Shown here: piece after piece, positions 8,384-15,854 of the stretch
How positions within the stretch are numbered: the first letter of the stretch is position 1
Layout: each line of letters opens with the position of its first letter
Program-made: the position numbers and the translations under genes
Origin: Planctomycetota bacterium
Lineage (GTDB): Bacteria; Planctomycetota; UBA11346
Direction of reading: 5' to 3'
Length of the DNA: 17,523 nucleotides
NCBI GenBank assembly: GCA_038231435.1
Contig: JBBRLJ010000067.1
Span: 1-17,523, forward strand
The notes under the pieces: model-generated
Database searches by the model: none
Told to the model about the DNA's origin: nothing
What the model saw: only the letters and a program-made list of their open reading frames with translations

Positions 8384-9496
8384 ATGAGCAAGATACGCCT
8401 GGGTTTCGTCGGAGTCGGTGGCATGGGCCAAGCCGCCCATCTGCGCAACTACGTCACCGAGGGCGACTGCGAGGTGGTCGCGATCGCCGAGATGCGTCCG
8501 AAGCTGCGGGAGGCGGTGAAGACCCGCTACGGCATCGCGCGTGCGTACGCGAACCACACCGAGCTCATCGCCAACGAGCAGCTCGATGGCATCGTCGCGT
8601 CGCAGCCATACGGCCTGCATGGCCAGCTGGTGCCCGAGCTGCTCGCCGCGGGCGTGCCGGTGCTGACCGAGAAGCCCATCGGCCGTTCGCTCGAGGTCGC
8701 CGACCAGCTCGTGACCGCCAGCGCCTCCAGCAAGGGCAAGCTATTCATCGGTTACCACAAGCGCTCCGATCCCGCCACCGCCTGCGCCAAGCGCACCATG
8801 GAAGGCCTCATCGCGAGCGGCGAGATCGGTAAGCTCAAGTACGTGCGCGTGTGCATGCCCCCGGGCGACTGGATCGCCGAAGGTTTCGCCAACAACATCA
8901 ATACCGATGATGCGTATCCCTCGGTGGCGTGGGACGCGGAACCGGCCGGCATGGACAAGCCCACTGCGGACGAGCACAACGCCTTCGTCAATTACTACAT
9001 CCACCAGGTGAATCTGCTCCGCCATCTGCTGGGCGAAGGCTACGATGTCCGCTACGCCGATCCCGCCGGCGTGATGCTCGCCGTCACTTCGGTCAGCGGC
9101 ATCCCAGGCATGCTCGAGATGGCGCCCTACGCGACCACGACCGACTGGCACGAGCATGCGATCGCCTGCTTCGAGCGTGGGTACGTGCGCATCGATCTTC
9201 CCGCGCCGCTCGCCAACGCCCGCCCTGGATCGGTCACCATCTTCAAGGATCCGGGCAATGGCGTCGCCGCCACCACCACCACGCCGACCCTGCCGTGGGT
9301 GCACGCGATGCGCGGCCAGGCGCGCAACTTCATCCGCGCCTGCAAGGGCGAGACGACTGATCTGTGCACGCCTAAGGACGCCCGCGACGATATCCTGGTA
9401 GCGAACCGCTACATCGAGCTGCTGAAGGCCGGTCGCGTCGCCAAGCCGGTGGCCAAGGCAGAGGCCAAGCCGGCCGCCAAAGCGGGCAAGGCATGA
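8384..9496 (+). CDS. Gfo/Idh/MocA-family NAD(P)-dependent oxidoreductase (370 aa)
   Basis: IRLGFVGVGGMG Rossmann motif, VLTEKP motif, GYHKRSDP; AAGGA RBS upstream. Confidence 0.9.
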   Translation: MSKIRLGFVGVGGMGQAAHLRNYVTEGDCEVVAIAEMRPKLREAVKTRYGIARAYANHTELIANEQLDGIVASQPYGLHGQLVPELLAAGVPVLTEKPIGRSLEVADQLVTASASSKGKLFIGYHKRSDPATACAKRTMEGLIASGEIGKLKYVRVCMPPGDWIAEGFANNINTDDAYPSVAWDAEPAGMDKPTADEHNAFVNYYIHQVNLLRHLLGEGYDVRYADPAGVMLAVTSVSGIPGMLEMAPYATTTDWHEHAIACFERGYVRIDLPAPLANARPGSVTIFKDPGNGVAATTTTPTLPWVHAMRGQARNFIRACKGETTDLCTPKDARDDILVANRYIELLKAGRVAKPVAKAEAKPAAKAGKA

Positions 9497-10608
9497 GCGC
9501 CGCGAAACCAGCACCCGCGCCAAAGACCGGCCCACTGCGTTTCACCAAGCAGCTGATTGCCACCCAGACCTTCGAATCCGCGGGCGTCTTCGATGTCGAT
9601 GGAGACGGCGTGCTCGACATCGTGTCGGGCAGCTACTGGTACCAGGGGCCGGATTTCCGGAAGTGGCACTATATCGGCGAGGTCCAGCGCGCCGGCGAAT
9701 ACTACGACGACTTCTCGACCATCGCGCTCGACATCGACGGCGACGGGCGCCTCGACTTCGTCACCGGCGGCTGGTGGGGCGACAGCCTGCGTTGGCGTCA
9801 GAATCCCGGCAAGGCCGGCGAGCCCTGGACCGAGCACGTGATCGCCAAGGGCACCGGCAACATCGAGACCACGCGCGCCTGGGACGTCGATGGCGATGGC
9901 GTCGTCGAGATCGTGCCCAACACGCCCGGCCACGCGCTGTGCGCGTACCGCCTGCTCCGCTCCAACGGCAAAGGCGTGGGCCGCTTCGAGAAGCACGTGA
10001 TCTGGCCGCATGGCCTGGGACACGGACTGGGTTTCGGCGATATCGATGGCGATGGCCAGGGCGAATTCATCACGCCCTCGGGCATCCTCAAGGCGCCCGC
10101 CGCCGGTCCGTGGAGCGGGGAATGGACGCTGTCCAAGGAGTTCGACCTGGGCTGCGCGAGCGTTCCGGTGATCGTCGCCGACGTCAACGGCGATGGCCTG
10201 ATGGATCTCATCGTCGGCCAGGCCCACGGCTATGGCCTCGACTGGTGGGAGCAGCGCCGCGAAGGCGGCAAGCGCACCTGGACCAAGCACCCGATCGATC
10301 CTGGCAACTCGCAGTACCACGACCTGATCTGGGCCGACATCGATGGCGACGGCAAGCCCGAGCTGGTCACCGGCAAGCGCTTCCGCGCACATTGCGGCAA
10401 CGATCCCGGCGAGTTCGACGATGTCGGCATCTACTACTTCAAGTGGAACGGAGAGAGCTTCACCAAGCAGATCATCAGCTACGGGGCACCCGGCGTCGGC
10501 AAGGGCTGCGGCATCCACTTCGCGCTCGCGGATCTGCGCGGCAGCGGGCGGCTGGATGTCATCGCGCCTGGCAAGGATGGATTGACGGTGTTCTTCAACG
10601 ACGGCTAG
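9493..10608 (+). CDS. FG-GAP/VCBS repeat beta-propeller protein, no signal peptide (371 aa)
   Basis: Seven DxDGDG-type repeats (DVDGDG, DIDGDG, DVDGDG, DIDGDG, DVNGDG, DIDGDG, DLRGSG); ATGA overlap with the upstream gene. Confidence 0.88.
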   Translation: MSAAKPAPAPKTGPLRFTKQLIATQTFESAGVFDVDGDGVLDIVSGSYWYQGPDFRKWHYIGEVQRAGEYYDDFSTIALDIDGDGRLDFVTGGWWGDSLRWRQNPGKAGEPWTEHVIAKGTGNIETTRAWDVDGDGVVEIVPNTPGHALCAYRLLRSNGKGVGRFEKHVIWPHGLGHGLGFGDIDGDGQGEFITPSGILKAPAAGPWSGEWTLSKEFDLGCASVPVIVADVNGDGLMDLIVGQAHGYGLDWWEQRREGGKRTWTKHPIDPGNSQYHDLIWADIDGDGKPELVTGKRFRAHCGNDPGEFDDVGIYYFKWNGESFTKQIISYGAPGVGKGCGIHFALADLRGSGRLDVIAPGKDGLTVFFNDG

Positions 10609-10611
10609 CTG

Positions 10612-10673
10612 TCAGTTGGGGGGCTACGCTTTCAGTTGGGGGGCTACGGCCCCCCAACATCGCCCTTCGGGCT
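10612..10673. repeat. Intra-operon REP-like hairpin cluster with 17-bp direct repeat
   Basis: TCAGTTGGGGGGCTACG at 10612 and 10632; perfect stem GTTGGGGGGC-TACG-GCCCCCCAAC; GCCC-TTC-GGGC. Confidence 0.7.
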
Positions 10674-10744
10674 GCCCCCGGGAAAGCAGAGGCAGTTTGG
10701 TTTAGAAGTGTTCGGTTCGAACTCATGACGTGTGTGGAGAGCTA

Positions 10745-11620
10745 ATGCAATACGGCATGAACCTGCTGCTGTGGACGGACGACGCGACGACCGAGGCGTT
10801 TGCGCCGGTGTTGGAGCGGCTCGCGGGGATGGGGTTCGATGGGGTCGAGGTGCCGATCTTCGATGCCGATGTGGCCAAGTTCGCGCGGCTTGGCAGGCGG
10901 CTCGATGATCTCGGGCTGGCGCGTACCGCGGTGACCGTGCGCGGCGCGGGCGACGATCCGATCAGCCCTGACAAGGCGGTGCGGCAGGCCGGCATCGATC
11001 AGACCAGGCGCGTGCTCGATTGCTGCCGCGCCGCGGGCATCCCCATGCTGGTGGGCCCGCTGTACGCGGCGCTGGGCGTGTTCAGCGGCAGGGGGCCGAC
11101 GCCCGAGGAATGGTCGCGCGGGGTCGAGAGCGTGCGCATCATGGCCGAGGACGCGCGTGAACGCGGCGTGACCCTGCAGCTCGAGCCGCTCAACCGTTTC
11201 GAGATCTACCTGCTCAATAGCGCTGCCGATGGCGCGCGCTTCGTGCGCGAGGTCGGCCACGACCACTGCCGGCTGCTCTACGATACCTTCCATGCGAACA
11301 TCGAGGAGAAGAGCGTGAGCGCGGCGCTCAGCGCGTGCGCGCGCGAGATCGGCCACGTGCACATCTCCGAGAACGATCGCAGCACACCTGGCCGCGGCCA
11401 GGTGAACTGGACCGAGACTTTCGACGCGTTGGCGCGCATCGGCTACGACGGTTGGCTGACCATCGAGGCCTTCGGCCAGGCGTTGCCGTCGCTCGCGGCG
11501 GCGACCAAGATCTGGCGCCCGATGTTCGTGGACGAGCTGCAGCTCGCCGCCGACGGCCTGGCCTTCATGCGCCGGGAATGGGCCCGACGCTCGACCGGAA
11601 CCATGCGCAAAGCGGTATGA
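10745..11620 (+). CDS. Ketose 3-epimerase family (D-tagatose/D-psicose/L-ribulose 3-epimerase-like) TIM-barrel protein (291 aa)
   Basis: GFDGVEVP, LEPLNRFE, YDTFHANIEE, HVHISENDR and LTIEAF (metal ligands E, D, H, E), plus KIWR; GGAGA RBS. Confidence 0.88.
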   Translation: MQYGMNLLLWTDDATTEAFAPVLERLAGMGFDGVEVPIFDADVAKFARLGRRLDDLGLARTAVTVRGAGDDPISPDKAVRQAGIDQTRRVLDCCRAAGIPMLVGPLYAALGVFSGRGPTPEEWSRGVESVRIMAEDARERGVTLQLEPLNRFEIYLLNSAADGARFVREVGHDHCRLLYDTFHANIEEKSVSAALSACAREIGHVHISENDRSTPGRGQVNWTETFDALARIGYDGWLTIEAFGQALPSLAAATKIWRPMFVDELQLAADGLAFMRREWARRSTGTMRKAV

Positions 11621-12369
11621 TCCCGAGGGCGAACCCCCAGCCGATCGCCGAGCTCGATGCCGGTCTTGGCAGGCGTCTCGACGTCGATGGGTATCTGGTG
11701 CTGGACGGACTCATGGGTGAGCCGTGGCGTAAACGGGTTGCGGATCGTTTCGACCAGTTGGTGCGGCTCGAGGGTGCGGAGGCCGGTCGCGAAGTCGGAC
11801 ATGCCGAAACGGATACCCGTGGGCTCGCCAATCTGGTGGACAAGGGCGAGGTGTTCGACGGCATCTGGCAGCACCCGCTGGTGCTCGCTGCCGCGCGGCA
11901 CGTGCTCCGCCGGCCGTTCACGCTGTCATCGCTCAATGGCCGCGAGCCGCTGCGTGGCGCCGGTCACCAGGGGCTGCATGCCGATTGGGGACCGCGCCAG
12001 CACGACGAACCTTTCCACGTGCTCAATTCGCTATGGGTCATCGATGGCTTCACTCCCGACAACGGCTCGACGCGTGTCGTCCCGGGTTCACACCTGGTGG
12101 CAGGAACGGTCGCCGAGCACGTTGCCGATCCCGGCGCGGTCCATCCCCGCGAGATCGTGCCGCTGTGCACGCCCGGCAGCGTGGTGATATTCAATGCCCA
12201 CGCCTGGCACGGTGGCCGCAAGAATCTCAGTGGCGCGCGCCGTCGCGTGGTGAACGCGTACTTCACCGCCGCCGAACATCCCCAGCAGACGGATCAGCGC
12301 GCGCATGTCGGACCTGCTACCCTCGCCCGCCTATCGCCTGCAGCCCGAGCCCTGCTCCGCATATCCTGA
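11617..12369 (+). CDS. PhyH-family Fe(II)/2-oxoglutarate dioxygenase (250 aa)
   Basis: DGYLVL, LHADW (HxD), NGSTRVVPGSH, WHGG and RR motifs; ATGA overlap with the epimerase stop. Confidence 0.88.
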   Translation: MIPRANPQPIAELDAGLGRRLDVDGYLVLDGLMGEPWRKRVADRFDQLVRLEGAEAGREVGHAETDTRGLANLVDKGEVFDGIWQHPLVLAAARHVLRRPFTLSSLNGREPLRGAGHQGLHADWGPRQHDEPFHVLNSLWVIDGFTPDNGSTRVVPGSHLVAGTVAEHVADPGAVHPREIVPLCTPGSVVIFNAHAWHGGRKNLSGARRRVVNAYFTAAEHPQQTDQRAHVGPATLARLSPAARALLRIS

Positions 12370-12441
12370 TCTTAGCATCCGCTCGTCGTCGGCCGAGTTC
12401 GAGAGACATCACCTGCAGTCGCGGATGCCCGAGCCCACCGC

Positions 12442-13437
12442 TCACCCCTTTGCTTCATCGGCCGTCGTCACGATCGACGGCGGCGCGCCTTCCTCGTTTT
12501 TCGCCTCATCTTTCGCGAAACCGCGCAGCCAGACGTTGTTTCCGGTGGCGTAGCCCTTGGCCGCGTAGGGATCGGTGCCCGAGACGTGCACCACGGTGCG
12601 GTTGTCGGCATTGGCGACGCTGACATTGCCCTTGCCCATCTCCCCTTCGAGGCACCAGGGCAGCAGCGAATACGAGTTCATGTAATGGCTGACCAGGGCG
12701 CGGCGGTAGATGTCGCTGCGGTTCTTCTTCGAGCGGTGCAGCAAGTAGCCATTGAAGAACACCACGCTGCCAGCCTTGACCTCGACCAGCTGCTCATCGG
12801 CTTCGTCGAATCCGAAACTCTCTGGCGCGAAGTCGAACTCCTTGGGATTCTTGTGCTCGCGCTGGGGATACAAGTATCCGCTGCGGTGCGAACCCGGGAT
12901 GACGCGCAGGCAGCCGTTGGCTTCGGTGGCGTCGTCGAGCGCGATCCAGGCGCCGGCGAGCGAACGGTCGCGCGTCGGGATGTAGATCTCGTCCTGGTGC
13001 CAGGCCTGGCCCTGCTTGCCGGGCGGCTTGATGAACAGCATCGACTGCATGCACTTCACCGAACCGTCCCAATGCGGGAGGTGGGCGGCGATGATGCGCG
13101 ACAGCACCGTGGAGATGCCGGCATGGGTGACGAACTCGCGCATGACCGGGCTGATGTAATGCGGCTGGTGGATGCAGAGGAGGTTCTCGAGCACCTGCGT
13201 GTCGGTGTAGTCGCTGGGCATCGGCTTGATGCTCTCGCACGGGTAGTGGCCGCGCGCGATCGCCGCCGCGTCGTCGCGCAGGCGCTGGACGTCGGTGGCC
13301 GAGACCAGTCCGGGGACCACCAGGAAGCCCTGGTCGACGAAGTGGCGGACCTGCTCATCGGTGACCCTGTACGGCGTGACGGCAGGGATGGCTTCGAGGG
13401 TGGCGGGCATGGGTGCTCCGGTGGTTTTCAGGGACAT
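12442..13437 (-). CDS. PhyH-family Fe(II)/2-oxoglutarate dioxygenase (~331 aa; alternative start 13410)
   Basis: QGFLVV, FIKPPG, WHQDE (HxD), WIALDDA..NGCLRVIPGSH, LLHRS..N.S..RRAL. Confidence 0.9.
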   Translation of the reverse strand: MSLKTTGAPMPATLEAIPAVTPYRVTDEQVRHFVDQGFLVVPGLVSATDVQRLRDDAAAIARGHYPCESIKPMPSDYTDTQVLENLLCIHQPHYISPVMREFVTHAGISTVLSRIIAAHLPHWDGSVKCMQSMLFIKPPGKQGQAWHQDEIYIPTRDRSLAGAWIALDDATEANGCLRVIPGSHRSGYLYPQREHKNPKEFDFAPESFGFDEADEQLVEVKAGSVVFFNGYLLHRSKKNRSDIYRRALVSHYMNSYSLLPWCLEGEMGKGNVSVANADNRTVVHVSGTDPYAAKGYATGNNVWLRGFAKDEAKNEEGAPPSIVTTADEAKG

Positions 13438-13516
13438 CGAGCGGTCTTCGTCTGGGCACATGGTAAACAAGAGGGGCGGGGCGGAATGGCGGTTAGCCGC
13501 TTAGACCTTTCCAATA

Positions 13517-13532
13517 GTAACATATCCGTTAC
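13517..13532. promoter_or_regulatory. Palindromic candidate operator GTAAC-N6-GTTAC
   Basis: Located in the AT-rich PhyH/AraC divergon, 11 nt upstream of the AraC ATG. Confidence 0.3.
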
Positions 13533-13543
13533 GGTACGGCACC

Positions 13544-14437
13544 ATGGGCGCGCACGAGCACGGCGAACGGCTGGTCATCTCCGTCACCCACCATGGGCTC
13601 GCCGACTACCCGCCAGGAGCCACCTTCGGTCCGCGCACGCTGCGCGATTTCGAATTCGTCTGGATCGTCGAAGGCGACGTGGTGTGGGAGGCTGATGGCG
13701 TCGAATACCCGGCACCCGCCGGCACCGTGCTGCTGGCCAGGCCGGGGATGCGCGATGGCTTCCGTTGGGATCCGCGGCGCCGCACCCGGCATGGTTTCTT
13801 CCATTTCACCCTCGACGCTGGAGCTGGCTCCCTGCCGCCCCAGGCAAACTGGCCGATGACCCGCCGCATGCCCGAAGGTGACATCCTGCGCCCGCTCTTC
13901 CATCATCTCGACTGGCTGCGCTCGACGCACCCCGAGGGCTGGAAGGAGCTCGAGGCGGGAGCCATCCACCAGGCGCTGCTCACGTTCATCACCGGTTCGA
14001 TGTCGACGGCGAGCGATCTCGGCGAAGGCATGCACCCGCTGATCCACAAGGTCATGGCGCACGTGCGCAAGGCGTGGGAAGGCGGCAGGCTGGTGCCGCT
14101 GTCGCTCGACGGCCTATCGCACGCGGCGGGGGTGTCGCGAGCGCACCTCGCGCGGCTGTTCCGCGAGCACCTCGGCGCGACCCCGGTCGAGGCGATGCGC
14201 ATCATGCGCCTGGACCGCGCGGCTTCGATGCTCGCGCGCACCAATCTCGCGGTGCAGGACATCGCCGACCAGTGCGGCTTCCCCAACGCCTTCCACTTCT
14301 CCAGGGTCTTTCGCGAGCACTACGCCTGCTCGCCGCGCGAATTCCGCCGAAAGCTCGCGCGCGGGATGGACATGCCGAGCATCTCGCTGGTGCGGGTGCG
14401 CGATCTGTCGACCAGGATGTGGCGCCGCGCACAGTGA
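13544..14437 (+). CDS. AraC-family transcriptional regulator (297 aa)
   Basis: GPRTLRDFEFVWIVEG cupin-like N-domain; LDGLSHAAGVSRAHLARLF and CGFPNAFHFSRVFREHYACSP double HTH. Confidence 0.92.
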   Translation: MGAHEHGERLVISVTHHGLADYPPGATFGPRTLRDFEFVWIVEGDVVWEADGVEYPAPAGTVLLARPGMRDGFRWDPRRRTRHGFFHFTLDAGAGSLPPQANWPMTRRMPEGDILRPLFHHLDWLRSTHPEGWKELEAGAIHQALLTFITGSMSTASDLGEGMHPLIHKVMAHVRKAWEGGRLVPLSLDGLSHAAGVSRAHLARLFREHLGATPVEAMRIMRLDRAASMLARTNLAVQDIADQCGFPNAFHFSRVFREHYACSPREFRRKLARGMDMPSISLVRVRDLSTRMWRRAQ

Positions 14438-14468
14438 GGCGATGCCGCGCCAGGTGACGGAGGCTCGC

Positions 14469-15104
14469 TCAGGGCGGGAGATCGCGGAGCTTTCCGCCCT
14501 GTTGGCCGCCGCGCTGACCTTCGCGCTGCCCGCTTCGCTGTCGGCCGGTCTTGGTCGTTCCACGTGCCGCGGCGGGAGTCGCTATGCGTCGGTGGCGCTG
14601 CAGGACCGCGGTGCCGGGATTGTTCCGTCGTCGCTGCAAGAGGACCACGGCCTGGGCCTGGATCGCGCGAAGCTCGCCCACCGCGTCGCAGCCTTCGTTG
14701 GTGCGCGCCTTGAGCCCGACGCAATCCAAGGGGATGCCGAGCAGTTCGGCGAGACGGATGCGCATCGTGCCCTTGTGTGGGCCGAGGCGCGGTGCCTGGG
14801 CCACCACGTTCACGTCGACGTTGACGAGCTTCCAGGGTTTCAACGCGTCAAAGCCGAGCACCTCGGCCACGAACTCTGCGGAATCACGACCGGCATGCGC
14901 CTGGTCATCATCGGGGAAATGCTCGCCGAGATCGCCGGCGGCGGCGGCCCCGAGCAGCGCGTCGCAGATCGCGTGCAGCACCACGTCGCCGTCGCTGTGC
15001 GCGACGATCCGGTAGGGGCAGGGGATGCGCACGTTGGCGAGGATGATGCCATCGCCTTTTTCCAGGCGATGGATGTCATAGCCGATGCCGACGCGGAAGG
15101 TCAT
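14469..15104 (-). CDS. ispF: 2-C-methyl-D-erythritol 2,4-cyclodiphosphate synthase with C-terminal extension (211 aa)
   Basis: RVGIGYDIHRL, AHSDGDVVLHAICDALLGAA, GDLGEHFPD, NVDV, KARTNEG and AQAVVLL motifs. Confidence 0.95.
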   Translation of the reverse strand: MTFRVGIGYDIHRLEKGDGIILANVRIPCPYRIVAHSDGDVVLHAICDALLGAAAAGDLGEHFPDDDQAHAGRDSAEFVAEVLGFDALKPWKLVNVDVNVVAQAPRLGPHKGTMRIRLAELLGIPLDCVGLKARTNEGCDAVGELRAIQAQAVVLLQRRRNNPGTAVLQRHRRIATPAAARGTTKTGRQRSGQREGQRGGQQGGKLRDLPP

Positions 15105-15184
15105 CGGATGCACGACGGACAGCCGTCCGTCGCCCGTGCTCCGTCATCCACAGCCGACGAGCAGGCCAACGCTCTGCTGGTGTC

Positions 15185-15214
15185 GACGCCGGACGCCGGA
15201 CGCCGGACGCCGGA
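15185..15214. repeat. Perfect heptamer tandem repeat (GACGCCG)x4
   Basis: GACGCCG at 15185, 15192, 15199 and 15206, just downstream of the gcvH stop. Confidence 0.9.
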
Positions 15215-15222
15215 GGATCCGC

Positions 15223-15591
15223 TCATTTCTTGATCTGCTTCAAATAATCCGGCTCGCTGAGCAACCCATCGAGCGCCTTGGCGCCGGACGGCCGAATCTT
15301 GACGAACCAGCCCTTGCCGGCGGCGTCGGCGTTCACCAGCTCTGGGTTCGACTTCACGGCCTGGTTGACCTCCACGACCTCGCCATCGACCGGGCTGTAG
15401 AAATCATTCACCGATTTCACCGATTCGATCTCGGCACAGGCCTTGCCTCGCGCGACCTTGGTGCCCACCTCGGGAAGCTGCACGTGGATGACCTCGCCGA
15501 CCTCGCCAGCGGCGAACGGCGAGAGGCCGATCGTCACCAGGGCCCCGTCGAGGCGGGCCCATTCGTGGGTGGGGAGATAGGCGGTGCTCAT
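15223..15591 (-). CDS. gcvH: Glycine cleavage system H protein (lipoyl carrier, 122 aa)
   Basis: THEWAR, IESVKSVND (lipoyl-Lys), SPVDGEVVEVN, PELVN and GWFVKI motifs. Confidence 0.93.
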   Translation of the reverse strand: MSTAYLPTHEWARLDGALVTIGLSPFAAGEVGEVIHVQLPEVGTKVARGKACAEIESVKSVNDFYSPVDGEVVEVNQAVKSNPELVNADAAGKGWFVKIRPSGAKALDGLLSEPDYLKQIKK

Positions 15592-15854
15592 GGGGCATCT
15601 TCCGGGAGCTGCGAGGACGGCGCGTCCGCGATCAGATGTCGGCAGGATGTGAGAGCCGTACGGGGCTTCAAGCACGGCCCGGCCAAGCTGGCGTGTCCAA
15701 CGCGGATGCAGATCGCGGTGGTTGCCAGCCTCCCGTGGCGCCCAGACTGTGTGAGGGTGCCGACCAGGCTTCCGATGGTCTAAGTTGTTAGCCTGACGTC
15801 CGTTCCTACCCTCGCTGGAAGCCAGCGCATCGACCCCGGAAGCCCTGCGATACC

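Noticed and set aside
15592..15854. Glycine riboswitch upstream of gcvH
   Set aside because: The conserved GGAGA, CCGAAG and CUYUCAGG motifs were not found on the minus strand.
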